DNA from: Vicinamibacterales bacterium
GTDB taxonomy: Bacteria > Acidobacteriota > Vicinamibacteria > Vicinamibacterales > UBA2999
NCBI GenBank assembly: GCA_036374815.1
Contig: DASUSZ010000232.1
Span: 1-55,667, forward strand
Direction of reading: 5' to 3'
Length of the DNA stretch: 55,667 nucleotides
The notes beneath the pieces are model-generated. The model saw only the letters and a program-made list of their open reading frames with translations. It searched no databases and was not told the origin of the DNA. A program made the position numbers and the translations under genes. Positions 9,389-18,578 of this stretch are shown in pieces (position 1 is the first letter of the stretch; each line of letters begins with the position of its first letter).

Positions 9389-10537
9389 TCACTTCACTCC
9401 GGTAAGAACGAACTTCTGCGCCCGGAAACCCGCTTCTCGTTTTTGACCCGTGGCCGGGTCGACCACCTCGGGGCCCTGCGCTTCGCCGACGTAGATATTT
9501 CCTGACGGATCGACCGACAGGTTATGCGGCCGCCCGAGTTGGCCGACGCCGACGCCAGGACCGCCGAACTCACTCACCACTTCGAGATCGCTGCGCCTCA
9601 GCACGTTGATCACGTGCGAGCCGCCATCGGCGCTGTAGATGTAGGTCTGCGGCGCGTCGTGCGAGAAGCCGAGCGAGAAGGTTGCTTCGTTGCCGCACGG
9701 CCGCTTCGGCGTCCACGACGCCTTCTCCTGCACCCCGCATCGTGGCCGCAGGATCTTCTCGCGCACGAACTCGCCGTTCTGGCGGAACACCTGGATGCGG
9801 TTGTTGGCGCGGTCGGCCACGTAGATAAATCCGTCGCGCGAGCCGATGATGCCGTGCGGCACGCGCAGTTGCTGCGGCGGCTCGGCCGGCACTTGTTCGG
9901 ACCCTGTGGAACCCGTAGACCCTGTGGAACCCGTGGAACCCATGGAACCGGACGGCGGATCGACAGGTGGCCGCCCGTACGCTCCCCAATGCCGCAGGTA
10001 CTTCCCCGTCGCGCCGTCGAAGACGATGACGCGGCGATTGCCGTAGCCGTCGGCAACGAACACCTCATTGTCGGCGGGATCGACCCAGACCTCCGACGGC
10101 CGCCCCATCAACGAAGTGTCGTTGCTGCCGCCAGTCTTGTCGAACTGGCCGATCACGAGCGCCACCTGGCCGGTGCGCGTGAACTTGACGGTCAGGTTGC
10201 TCTCGCGCGCGTTGGTCCACACAAAGCCGTTGTGATCCACGAACAGCCCGTGAATCGTGTTCCACTTGCCGTCCGGCCCGCGCGCGTCCCACGACTGCAC
10301 CATCTTCCCTTGCGCGTCCCATTCCGAAATGCGCCCGCGGCTCGAGGTCCAGACATGGCCCTTCGAGTCGGCGAAGATGCCGATCACCTGTCCCCACGTG
10401 AACCCGTCGGGCAGCACCGGCCACTTCGGATCCGCGGTGAACTGCGGCACACCCTTCAACGCCGCTGCCTGCTCACTGCCGTCGTAAGTGGAAGGAAGAA
10501 CAAGCAGCACACTAAGCGCGAAAATGGTGAGTCTCAT
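9389..10537 (-). CDS. NHL-repeat beta-propeller protein (peptidyl-alpha-hydroxyglycine lyase-like), secreted
   Basis: Signal peptide followed by repeated motifs of the type FVADGYGNRRVIVFD and IYVADRANNRIQVF. It contains a GSMGSTGSTGSTGSTGS insert. Confidence 0.8.
   Translation of the reverse strand: MRLTIFALSVLLVLPSTYDGSEQAAALKGVPQFTADPKWPVLPDGFTWGQVIGIFADSKGHVWTSSRGRISEWDAQGKMVQSWDARGPDGKWNTIHGLFVDHNGFVWTNARESNLTVKFTRTGQVALVIGQFDKTGGSNDTSLMGRPSEVWVDPADNEVFVADGYGNRRVIVFDGATGKYLRHWGAYGRPPVDPPSGSMGSTGSTGSTGSTGSEQVPAEPPQQLRVPHGIIGSRDGFIYVADRANNRIQVFRQNGEFVREKILRPRCGVQEKASWTPKRPCGNEATFSLGFSHDAPQTYIYSADGGSHVINVLRRSDLEVVSEFGGPGVGVGQLGRPHNLSVDPSGNIYVGEAQGPEVVDPATGQKREAGFRAQKFVLTGVK
9899..9952. repeat. 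6 x 9-bp tandem repeat inside the NHL gene (sense-strand unit GGTTCCACR), encoding (GST)n
   Basis: Plus-strand units are ggaccctgt, ggaacccgt, agaccctgt, ggaacccgt, ggaacccat and ggaaccgga. Confidence 0.85.
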
Positions 10538-10539
10538 GA

Positions 10540-10959
10540 ATGATCTCTAGTAAAAAGATTTTCTCTGTGCCTCTGTGTCTCTGTGGCGGTTTATCCAGCG
10601 AAAGGTATCATGCAACCGTGACTTCGGAATCGCGCCGCCCCGCCGTAACGATACTGGTTATCGGCGGCATCGCCGGCGCGGCCTTGATTCTCGCCTTGCA
10701 GGCCTTTCGCGAGCCGCTGCGAGAATGGCTGATCGAGAACCCCGCGCAAACCGCCTCGCGCGCCACGCTGCTGATCGCAGCGGCCGGGTCGCTGCTGGTC
10801 ATTCCGCTGCTCGCGTTCGCGGCGTATGCATTCAGAAAAGCGGCGCAGCTGGAAGCGCGGCAGGCGCGCGGGCTCAGGACCCTGGCCGCAATGCTGGCGA
10901 TTGGCGCGTTACTCCTCACGGGCATTTTGTGGCGGCTCACCATCGTGCTGACGCGATGA
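10540..10959 (+). CDS. hypothetical membrane protein (about 3 TM segments); start uncertain
   Basis: Hydrophobic segments (VTILVIGGIAGAALILAL, LLIAAAGSLLVIPLLAFAAYAF, LAAMLAIGALLLTGILW). The stop overlaps the start of the VOC gene (ATGA). The ATG at 10540 lies only 3 nt from the divergent gene start, so an internal GTG near 10618 is possible. Confidence 0.4.
   Translation: MISSKKIFSVPLCLCGGLSSERYHATVTSESRRPAVTILVIGGIAGAALILALQAFREPLREWLIENPAQTASRATLLIAAAGSLLVIPLLAFAAYAFRKAAQLEARQARGLRTLAAMLAIGALLLTGILWRLTIVLTR
10563..10586. repeat. 3 x 8-bp tandem repeat CTCTGTGN; shares an exact 18-mer with 9366-9383
   Basis: Units are ctctgtgc, ctctgtgt and ctctgtgg. CCTCTGTGTCTCTGTGGC occurs at both 9366-9383 and 10570-10587. 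Confidence 0.85.
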
Positions 10960-11540
10960 GTCGAAAATTATTTCGAGTACCTATGAAAGCACGATCGTTC
11001 AGCCACGTCGGCATTACCGTCAGGAACTTCAACGAGTTCGTGCGCTTCTACTGGGACGTATTCGGCTGCCCGCTCGTCGGCGTGTCCGATTCACCGACCG
11101 AGCGCGTGCGCGGCTTCTTTGGCGTCGATGCTCCCGCACCCGCTTGCAAGATCGGTTGGATTCGCGTCCCCGGCGGCGCGGTGCTCGAGATCTTCGAGTT
11201 CCAGCCGCAGCAGCCGTTCGTGCAGGGGCCGTGGAACCGCGTCGGCATGACGCACTTCAGCCTCAACGTCAAAGGCATTCACAAGTGGCACGCCTACTTG
11301 AAGGGCAAGGGCGTGACGATCGTGTCCGATCCGATGCAGTCGCCGAACGGCGGCCAGTGGTTCTTCTTCATCAGGGACTGCGACGGCAACCTGATCGAGA
11401 TCATGGATCTCGGAAAGTTGTATTACGTCTTGAAGTGGCTTGGTCCGCTCGGCGGATGGCTGGCTCGCCGCGGCTACGTGCAGGACTATCGCAAGTACTA
11501 CGTTCCGCCTGACGGCGGAGCGGCGCCGGACAAATCTTAG
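10956..11540 (+). CDS. VOC (glyoxalase/bleomycin resistance/dioxygenase) family protein
   Basis: FSHVGITVRNFNEFVRFYWDVFG ... HFSLNV ... FFFIRDCDGNLIEI is a typical VOC pattern. The ATG at 10956 overlaps the upstream stop. Confidence 0.8.
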   Translation: MSRKLFRVPMKARSFSHVGITVRNFNEFVRFYWDVFGCPLVGVSDSPTERVRGFFGVDAPAPACKIGWIRVPGGAVLEIFEFQPQQPFVQGPWNRVGMTHFSLNVKGIHKWHAYLKGKGVTIVSDPMQSPNGGQWFFFIRDCDGNLIEIMDLGKLYYVLKWLGPLGGWLARRGYVQDYRKYYVPPDGGAAPDKS

Positions 11541-12052
11541 ACGGAGGGCATTCTCGACGTCGGCGCTTGATCCGGAGGCGGCACGTAGAGGAACTGGAAC
11601 GAGAGATTCGAGATCAGGCAATAAGCGATGAACCAGTAGAAGCCGGGATGCAGTTTGGCATCCAGGTTGTCGATCGCATTGCCGGCCATGAATGCGATGA
11701 AGATGCCGACCGCGAACACATCGGCCATCGCCCATTTGCTGACCGAGCGCACGAACAAATACAACCGGTGCTTCGTCACCGGATTTTTCACCCACAGGAT
11801 CACGCCGAGCAGCGCCGCCTTGATGAACGGCACGATCACGCTGAACAGCAGCACCAGTCCGGCGACGAAGTAGTTCTTCGATTCATACAGCCGCTGGATC
11901 GCGCGCAGAATGCTCTGCGTTTCCTCGTAGAGCGGCTTCTTCAGCAGCGGGATGGACGCCGTGATCGTCAGCGCATCGCTGCGCAGGCCGGGAACGATGA
12001 GGACCATCGAGACGATGGTCAGGCCGACCGCGATCCAGTTGCGCGTGCTCAT
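11537..12052 (-). CDS. paraquat-inducible protein A (PqiA)-like membrane protein
   Basis: 171-aa polytopic protein. The segment SKWAMADVFAVGIFIAF is characteristic of PqiA-family repeats. Confidence 0.7.
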   Translation of the reverse strand: MSTRNWIAVGLTIVSMVLIVPGLRSDALTITASIPLLKKPLYEETQSILRAIQRLYESKNYFVAGLVLLFSVIVPFIKAALLGVILWVKNPVTKHRLYLFVRSVSKWAMADVFAVGIFIAFMAGNAIDNLDAKLHPGFYWFIAYCLISNLSFQFLYVPPPDQAPTSRMPSV

Positions 12053-12103
12053 CGGCGCAATCTAGCAGGCAAGCAGGCCAACAGGCAAACAGGCGGACCG
12101 CCG

Positions 12104-13300
12104 TTATCGCCGCGATCGATACGCCTTCGACTGCGCCTCGACCAGGTCCAGCAGGTTGCCCATCGCCAGGTTGACGTCGATCAGGTGCAGGCCCCACATC
12201 GCGATCGGCTTTGCCAGGCCGAGATCGCCGGTGATGTCGTCGACGCGCGGATCTGCCGGATCGCCGTGCACGGTGATCTCGAGATAGGTCGAGAACTCGT
12301 TGCTCTTGCACTCCGCGGTCAGCAGGCCGGGCACGCTCACGAACGGCGTGTCGATGGCCTTGTCGGCGGCCCACGGCTTCGGCTGGCCGCCCCCCATCGC
12401 GATCAAACGCCCGCCGGTCGACAAATAAGCTTTGATCGGTGCGCTGCCGGCGCCGAGCGTTGCGGGATTGGTGCACGAACCGGTCTTCGCGGGATCGGTG
12501 CTGCGGCCGAACAGCGTGTTGGCGGGCGGCGGCACGGTCGAACGAAATGCCGAGTAATTCACCACGCACCCGAGCTGCCCGGCCTTGCGGCAAAGCGGGA
12601 TCTGCCTGAACTGCGCGCCGGCGTCCTGCCCTTTCGGCGTCAGGAACGTAGCGCCGAGGATGTACGCGCCCACCAGTTGTTTCTGCGCCGGCTTGCCGTC
12701 GATCTCGCTGGCAATCAGCCCCTGCAGGATGAAGGCGCCCTGCGAGTGGCCGATCAGCACCACGCCGCGGCCCTGGTTGTCGTTCTTCAAATAGTGATGC
12801 CACGCGTCACGCACATCGTCGTACTGGACGCCGCTGGTGAAGAGCGTGAGCGGATCGGCCCCGCTGGCGAGCGCCGCCTGCAGGCCGCGCAGCGTGATCT
12901 GGCGGTAGATCGGCGCAAACACCCGGCACTTCGATGCGAAGCGGGCGAACTGCTGGAGGATGACGTTCTTCTCTGCCGGATCGGCGGTCATGTCGCTGTT
13001 GGGCGCCGCGTCGGTGGAGACGGTTGGATAGACGTAGAAGCAATCGATCGGCGCCTTCGGGTCGGCAGTGAACGCTTCTCGAGTCAGCGTCCCATCCGCG
13101 GCAACAATCGTCGTCGTCAGATCGACGTCGCAGGCATCGCCTTTGCGGCCGGGCCGGCACAGCCACGACGCTTCATCGTTGTAGTCGTTTGGTTTGACTT
13201 CGACGGCAGCGGGCTGCGGCGGCGCGGGCGCCTGCGCGGCCAGATCGATCGTTCCCGCGATGAAGCCCGCCGCAATTACACAGAACAGCAACCGTTTCAT
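12104..13300 (-). CDS. DUF3089-like alpha/beta hydrolase, secreted
   Basis: The start at 13300 gives the signal peptide MKRLLFCVIAAGFIAG. Nucleophile-elbow motif VVLIGHSQGAF. The longer start at 13462 has no support. Confidence 0.7.
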   Translation of the reverse strand: MKRLLFCVIAAGFIAGTIDLAAQAPAPPQPAAVEVKPNDYNDEASWLCRPGRKGDACDVDLTTTIVAADGTLTREAFTADPKAPIDCFYVYPTVSTDAAPNSDMTADPAEKNVILQQFARFASKCRVFAPIYRQITLRGLQAALASGADPLTLFTSGVQYDDVRDAWHHYLKNDNQGRGVVLIGHSQGAFILQGLIASEIDGKPAQKQLVGAYILGATFLTPKGQDAGAQFRQIPLCRKAGQLGCVVNYSAFRSTVPPPANTLFGRSTDPAKTGSCTNPATLGAGSAPIKAYLSTGGRLIAMGGGQPKPWAADKAIDTPFVSVPGLLTAECKSNEFSTYLEITVHGDPADPRVDDITGDLGLAKPIAMWGLHLIDVNLAMGNLLDLVEAQSKAYRSRR

Positions 13301-13346
13301 GGCGCCTCCGGCGCGCATCTTACCCCGTAATGCTAGACTCCGCGGT

Positions 13347-13784
13347 ATGAAGGCTGTTGCGTTGTCGATTGCGCTGGCTGCCTCGTTGACGCAGGCGGCA
13401 TCGACCGATCGGCCGCCGACGCGGAACGTCGGGTCGATGAGTGATTTGATGGTGAAGATCATCTATCCGGCATCGGACGCGCTCTTCTACATCGAATCGC
13501 GCACGCCGAAGACGGACGCCGAATGGACCGCGCTCGAAGGCCAGGCGTTGATGCTCGCCGAATCCGCCAACCTGTTGATGCTGCCGGGACGCGCCCGCGA
13601 TCAAAAGCAGTGGATGGCCGATTCCAAGTTGATGCTCGACGCCGGCGCCGCCGCGGTGAAGGCTGCCAAGGCAAAGAACGTCGAGGCGATCGTGGCGTTG
13701 AGCGATCAGTTGTACGAATCCTGCACGACGTGCCATAAGCATTACAGGCCGGGATATGGGCAGAAGCCTCAGCCGCTTCGGTAG
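13347..13784 (+). CDS. cytochrome c' / class II four-helix c-type cytochrome
   Basis: The start at 13347 gives the signal peptide MKAVALSIALAASL. A single C-terminal CTTCH heme motif is typical of class II cytochromes c. Confidence 0.7.
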   Translation: MKAVALSIALAASLTQAASTDRPPTRNVGSMSDLMVKIIYPASDALFYIESRTPKTDAEWTALEGQALMLAESANLLMLPGRARDQKQWMADSKLMLDAGAAAVKAAKAKNVEAIVALSDQLYESCTTCHKHYRPGYGQKPQPLR

Positions 13785-14268
13785 CGCGATCGCCGCCGCG
13801 GTGCTTGCGCTGCTGACGCTCGGCCTGCCGGCGGCCTTCGCGCAACAGCAGCCGATCGTGCTGTTCACCTCGAAAGAGCAGATCCCGCTGAAGGCATACG
13901 CCGAGTTCATGCGCTCCGGGGTGCTGCAGATCGTGTCCGGTTCGATCCGCGACATTCCAACCGTCAGCGATTTCAGTCATTTCCGTTGCGGCCTGACGGG
14001 ATGGGCGCCAAAGGGCGTGATGGTCGCGTCGGAGGAGCTCTTCAAATCGGAAACCGCCGAACGGCGATTGTTGCCGGTGTTCCTGAAACCGGTTGCGGTT
14101 TCGACGGTCAGCGTGCGCGTTGCGGATCTGGAAACACCTGAGCGCATCGCGGAGCTGCTGCGCGCGGTGAAGGCGCCCGAGGGCGGCGAGCGCGCGTACT
14201 TCTTCCTGATCCTGTCGTCGGGCGACATGACCCGCTACTACCCGTTCAGGATCGCCGTGCCACGTTGA
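13756..14268 (+). CDS. hypothetical secreted protein
   Basis: 170-aa ORF with the signal peptide AAVLALLTLGLPAAFAQQ. Codon bias is consistent with the neighbours. I recognise no motif. Confidence 0.45.
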   Translation: MGRSLSRFGSAIAAAVLALLTLGLPAAFAQQQPIVLFTSKEQIPLKAYAEFMRSGVLQIVSGSIRDIPTVSDFSHFRCGLTGWAPKGVMVASEELFKSETAERRLLPVFLKPVAVSTVSVRVADLETPERIAELLRAVKAPEGGERAYFFLILSSGDMTRYYPFRIAVPR

Positions 14269-15712
14269 CCGCGCGCCTGACCCGCCGCCACGACGCGGTC
14301 AGCGTTGTCGCGCTCAACACCATGCCGCCGATGCTGAGCACGATCACCACGGCGTCCCACAGCGGCCGTTGGTAATAGAGGAATGGAAAGTCGAGGCTGT
14401 GGAAGCCGTGATACAGCCAGCGATTGATCCGCGTGAGCCGCTCCTCCTTGCGAGCGATTGAACCGCGTCGCGGATCGAAATACAGCCACGTCTTCTGCGC
14501 ATCGGCGTAGCGCACGCGCAACACCGGCAGGCTCAAATTGCGATCGCGGTCGTAATAGTAGGCGTCGTAGTCATCGAGCCAGCTGACACCGTCGATCGGC
14601 ACACCGTCCATCGCCGCGGTCGCCGCGCCGACGATCAGGTCCGGGGCCAGCTGATCGCGCGCGCCGAATTGCGGCTCGTCGAACGACACGATGCCGTTTC
14701 GCGCCGTGGCGTAGTAGCGGCCGCGAAAGCGCACGATGTCGACTTCGTTCGGCAGCGCCGGCGCGAACGCGCCGACCACGCGGCGCAGCTGCTCGACCGG
14801 CAAGTCGGTGATCGCGATGCGGCCGCCGGCCACCCGGTCGCGCTGCTCGCGTGTCGGCGCCGTGCCGGGATGCCAGTCCCACGGATCCATCGACAACAAC
14901 CCGCTGAAGATCCACGTCGCCGCGAAAATGCCGAAGATCAGGCCGGCGTAATGATGCCAGCGCATCCAGCCGGCGTAAGGCGACCATTGACGATGATCGC
15001 GAAGGCGATAGCCGCGGATCGGTGCGATTCGCCACAGGCCCCAGGCGATGCCGACGAGGCACATCACCGTGCCCGCGACCGATAGCCAGACAACCGTCTG
15101 GCTCCACAAGGCGGCGTTGCGCCTGAACGGCGTGAAGTACAGCCAGTGCAGCACGGCGCCGGCCCATCCCCAGAATCGGCCCGACGCCGTGGTCTTCAAC
15201 ACCACTTCGCCGCCGTTCTCGGTTACGTACAGGCGCGTGCCGGCCGGATCCTCGACGGCGATGCGATGCATCGGCATGCGTCCGCGCACGCCGAACGACC
15301 ATTGATCGGCATCCTCCAGCCTGGCGTCGTAACGAACGTCGTGGAGGTTGCCGGAAAAATGTCTGGCGATTCTCAGGGCCTGATGGTCGTCGACGACCGG
15401 GACTGGATCACCGGTATCGGCGAACGAGTAATCGATCCGCCCCTGCGACGTGATTCTGTAGATCGGACGGCCTTCGAGCGTGCTGATGGCCAGCCTGTTG
15501 ATGTCGCCGTCTGCCGGCGGTGGCAGCGCGCGGATCGATGCGGGATTGATCGCCGCGAGCCGCGACAGCCGCTCGCCTTCGCCCAGCGCCGGCATGCGCG
15601 CGTACATCATCACGATGCCCGACACGAACCAGAGGACGAACAGCGCGCCGCCCAGGATGCCGAGCCAGCGATGCGTGTAGACGAGAACGCGCGCGGTGCG
15701 ATGTCCGCTCAC
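14246..15712 (-). CDS. PepSY-associated TM helix domain protein
   Basis: N-terminus HRWLGILGGALFVLWFVSGIVMMY plus repeated HRWxxxxG-type TM segments (WHHYAGLIFGIFAATWIFSGL, INRWLYHGFHSLDF). Confidence 0.8.
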   Translation of the reverse strand: MSGHRTARVLVYTHRWLGILGGALFVLWFVSGIVMMYARMPALGEGERLSRLAAINPASIRALPPPADGDINRLAISTLEGRPIYRITSQGRIDYSFADTGDPVPVVDDHQALRIARHFSGNLHDVRYDARLEDADQWSFGVRGRMPMHRIAVEDPAGTRLYVTENGGEVVLKTTASGRFWGWAGAVLHWLYFTPFRRNAALWSQTVVWLSVAGTVMCLVGIAWGLWRIAPIRGYRLRDHRQWSPYAGWMRWHHYAGLIFGIFAATWIFSGLLSMDPWDWHPGTAPTREQRDRVAGGRIAITDLPVEQLRRVVGAFAPALPNEVDIVRFRGRYYATARNGIVSFDEPQFGARDQLAPDLIVGAATAAMDGVPIDGVSWLDDYDAYYYDRDRNLSLPVLRVRYADAQKTWLYFDPRRGSIARKEERLTRINRWLYHGFHSLDFPFLYYQRPLWDAVVIVLSIGGMVLSATTLTASWRRVRRAVNVARRS

Positions 15713-15742
15713 TTACTCGGCGCTCTTGTACCACAAGTATTT

Positions 15743-15770
15743 CTTTAAACTTTAAACTTTAAACTTTAAA
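15743..15770. repeat. perfect 4 x 7-bp tandem repeat CTTTAAA in a divergent promoter spacer
   Basis: Read directly from the sequence. It is an AT-rich island between the PepSY gene start (15712, -) and the FHA gene start (15783, +). Confidence 0.9.
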
Positions 15771-15782
15771 CTGCCGAAGGCC

Positions 15783-16118
15783 ATGTGGACGCTGCAGTCC
15801 GTTGATCCCGCCGATGCGGGCCTGACATTTCGATTACTACCCGGCAGCTTGAAGACCATGGGGCGCGCGCCGCGCGCCGATTTCGTAGTCGATGCGGCGC
15901 TGGTGTCGCGCGTGCATTGCCGGTTCACGCTGAACGCCACCAACGAGCTCGAGATCGAGGATCTCGGCAGCACCAACGGCACTTTCCTGAACGGCAGGAA
16001 GGTGATGAAGGCGACGCTCAACGACGGCGACAAGCTCACCATCGGCCGCGTTCAGTTCGTCGTCAATTCCGAGATGAACGATCCCGGCGGCAACCCGCGC
16101 ACAACGTGGTCGGTGTAG
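15783..16118 (+). CDS. FHA domain-containing protein (stand-alone, 111 aa)
   Basis: GRAPRADFVVDAALVSRVHCRF ... DLGSTNGTFLNGRKV ... GDKLTIG is the canonical FHA pattern. Confidence 0.85.
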   Translation: MWTLQSVDPADAGLTFRLLPGSLKTMGRAPRADFVVDAALVSRVHCRFTLNATNELEIEDLGSTNGTFLNGRKVMKATLNDGDKLTIGRVQFVVNSEMNDPGGNPRTTWSV

Positions 16119-16128
16119 ACGGCGGTCT

Positions 16129-16794
16129 TTAGACCCCCCTACCAGCCAGATATTCGAGGACGAACGGATTGCTCCTCTTCTCGCGCCCGATCGTCGTCTC
16201 GGGTCCGTGGCCTGAATACACAATCGAGTCGTCCGGGAACGCGAACAGCGTTTGCGTGATCGCGCGCAGCAGCGTGTCGTAATTGCCGCCGGGCAAGTCC
16301 GTCCTCCCGATCGATCCCGCGAACAGCGTGTCGCCGACGAACAAGCGCGGCGCCGACGGGTCGCCGTTCCTGGCAATGGCGAGGCACACGCCGCCGGGAC
16401 AATGCCCCGGCGTGTGGACCACGCGCACCCGGTAATTGCCGAACGCAATGGGACCTTCGCCCTCGTAAAACACGTCGACGGGCGGCGGCTGTTCGACGGT
16501 CAAGCCGAACATCATGCCGGTCCGCACCGCGTTGTCATAGAGAAACAGATCATCACGATGCAAATAGATCGGCGAGCCGAGCGCGCGCTTGGCTTCGGCG
16601 ACGCCGCTCACGTGATCGACGTGCGCATGCGTCAACAGAATGTGGGTCACATCCAGCTGCTCGGAGTTGATGAACGCCAGCAGCTGCTCGACCTCGTCGC
16701 CGGGATCGATGAACACCGCCTTGCGCGTGTCTTCGCAGCCGACGACGTAGCCATTCTTGAAGAACGGCCCGACGGCCGCAGTTTCCAGGATCAT
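16129..16794 (-). CDS. MBL-fold metallo-hydrolase (glyoxalase II-like)
   Basis: Metal-binding motif THAHVDHVSG and a downstream HTPGH motif. Confidence 0.85.
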   Translation of the reverse strand: MILETAAVGPFFKNGYVVGCEDTRKAVFIDPGDEVEQLLAFINSEQLDVTHILLTHAHVDHVSGVAEAKRALGSPIYLHRDDLFLYDNAVRTGMMFGLTVEQPPPVDVFYEGEGPIAFGNYRVRVVHTPGHCPGGVCLAIARNGDPSAPRLFVGDTLFAGSIGRTDLPGGNYDTLLRAITQTLFAFPDDSIVYSGHGPETTIGREKRSNPFVLEYLAGRGV

Positions 16795-16822
16795 TCGCGC
16801 CTCGCTCTACTAAGATACCCGC

Positions 16823-17785
16823 ATGCCGCCGACGGTGCTTGACGTCTATGAGGCGCGCCGCCGGCTCGGCGAGCGCCTGCCGAAGACGCCGCTGCTGCCG
16901 TCGCCGTGGTTGTCGTCGATCGCCGACGGGCACGTGTTCCTGAAGATCGAATCCGTCAACCTGACCGGCTCGTTCAAGGTGCGCGGCGCCCTCAACGCGG
17001 CGCTGCGGCTGAGCGAGGGCATCGACACTGCGTTGCCGACGATTGTCACCGCCTCCGCCGGCAACCACGGCCGCGCGTTGGCGCTGGCCGCTGAAGAGCT
17101 GGGCCTGACCTGCGTGGTGTTCACGCCGGTCAACGCTCCCGAGGCCAAGACGAACGCGATTCGCCGCCACGGCGCCATCCTGCATGCGGATTGCGCGGAT
17201 TACGACGTCGCGGAACGGGAAGCGCGCGAATTCGCCGAGCAAGAAGGCGCCATCTACATTTCGCCGTACAACCACGAGGACGTCATCGCCGGCGCCGGCA
17301 CGATCGGACTCGAGCTGGTTGAAGCGATGTCGAATCTCGACGCCGTGGTCATCCCGCTCGGCGGCGGCGGGCTTGCCAGCGGCATGGGCCTCGCGATCAA
17401 GGCGGCGTCGCCGCAAACCACGATCATCGGCGTCGAGGTCGAAGCGTCTTCGCCATTCACGTTGAGCCTCGAAGCCGGCCGCATCACGACCATCACGCCA
17501 CGCCCTTCCCTCGCCGACGGATTGGTCGGCAATCTCGAGCCCGACTCGATGACGTTCCCGCTGGTCAAGCAGGTCGTCGACTACGTCGTTACGGTGAGCG
17601 AAGACGATCTGGCGCGCGCGATGAAGGGACTCGCGACCGAGGAGCGGCTGATCGTCGAAGGCGCCGGCGCCGCCGCGACCGCCGCGATCCTTGCCGGCAA
17701 GGCCTCCGCCTCGGGCCAGCGCGTGGCCGCGATGGTCACCGGTGGTAACGTCGATCTGCCGAAGTGGCTATTTACGATCAGCTGA
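16823..17785 (+). CDS. PLP-dependent threonine/serine dehydratase family protein
   Basis: PLP-lysine motif SFKVRGA, glycine-rich loop GGGGL and overall fold-type II length. Confidence 0.85.
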   Translation: MPPTVLDVYEARRRLGERLPKTPLLPSPWLSSIADGHVFLKIESVNLTGSFKVRGALNAALRLSEGIDTALPTIVTASAGNHGRALALAAEELGLTCVVFTPVNAPEAKTNAIRRHGAILHADCADYDVAEREAREFAEQEGAIYISPYNHEDVIAGAGTIGLELVEAMSNLDAVVIPLGGGGLASGMGLAIKAASPQTTIIGVEVEASSPFTLSLEAGRITTITPRPSLADGLVGNLEPDSMTFPLVKQVVDYVVTVSEDDLARAMKGLATEERLIVEGAGAAATAAILAGKASASGQRVAAMVTGGNVDLPKWLFTIS

Positions 17786-17815
17786 ACGCGTCCGGATTCT
17801 TGTGAGCGGCCGGCT

Positions 17816-18523
17816 TCAGCCGGACCGCTTCGGCTTCGCCGGCCGTATCTCGATGCGGCTCGGCAAGCTACGTGGCGGATGATTGAGCAGATCGACAATC
17901 GCGTGCGCCACGTCTTCCGGCAGCAGCTTCCAGTCCGCTCCCGCGCCCGGCTGGCGATTGTTGAAGCCCGTCGCCACCGATCCCGGCAGCACCGTCGTGA
18001 CGCGAATGTTGTCTTCGCGCAGCTCCTGCATCAACGCGTCGCTGAACGCATTCACGCCGGCCTTCGATGCAACGTAGGCAGCGCCGCCCGGGAAAGGTCC
18101 GGTCGATGACAGGCTGGAGATGTTGACGATCCAGCCGGCGCCGCGAGCGCGGAGATGCGGAATCACTGCCTTGCTGCAGTTGAAGACGCCGGTGAGGTTG
18201 ATGCCGATGATCCGGTCCCATTCGTCGTTCGACATTTCCGCAACCGGCGCGCCCACCCCCACGCCGGCGCTGTTGATCAGCACGTCGATGCCTCCGAACC
18301 GTTGAACGACCGTCTCAACGGCGCGCTGCACCGAGGAGGCGTCGCGCACATCGCAGACGATGCCGACGGCGGTCCCGCTTGCGGCGAGCGAATGCTCCGC
18401 CTTGACGATGCCGTCCGACGTGGTGCCGGTGAAGGCCACCTTGTCGCCAGCGGCCATCAGTGCCTTCGCAATGGCAAAACCAATTCCGCGGGTGCCACCG
18501 GTAATCAAAACTACGCGCGACAT
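17816..18523 (-). CDS. SDR family oxidoreductase
   Basis: The start at 18523 gives MSRVVLITGGTRGIG (TGxxxGIG). NSAG and YxxxK (YVASK) motifs are present. Confidence 0.85.
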   Translation of the reverse strand: MSRVVLITGGTRGIGFAIAKALMAAGDKVAFTGTTSDGIVKAEHSLAASGTAVGIVCDVRDASSVQRAVETVVQRFGGIDVLINSAGVGVGAPVAEMSNDEWDRIIGINLTGVFNCSKAVIPHLRARGAGWIVNISSLSSTGPFPGGAAYVASKAGVNAFSDALMQELREDNIRVTTVLPGSVATGFNNRQPGAGADWKLLPEDVAHAIVDLLNHPPRSLPSRIEIRPAKPKRSG

Positions 18524-18578
18524 ACGTTTTCCCCAAGGTCCCAAGCCACGAGCGGCGAGTCCCTAATAGAATAGTCGC

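Noticed and set aside
9366-10587. The NHL gene bracketed by 18-bp direct repeats as a mobile element with target-site duplication
   Set aside because: There is no transposase, integrase or terminal inverted repeats. The repeat is low-complexity microsatellite sequence of the same family seen in other spacers. I keep it only as a low-interest recombination-substrate observation.
11567-13330. 587-aa plus-strand ORF
   Set aside because: It runs antisense to the PqiA-like and DUF3089 genes, both of which have signal/TM features and family motifs. Its composition is Arg/His/Asp-rich shadow frame.
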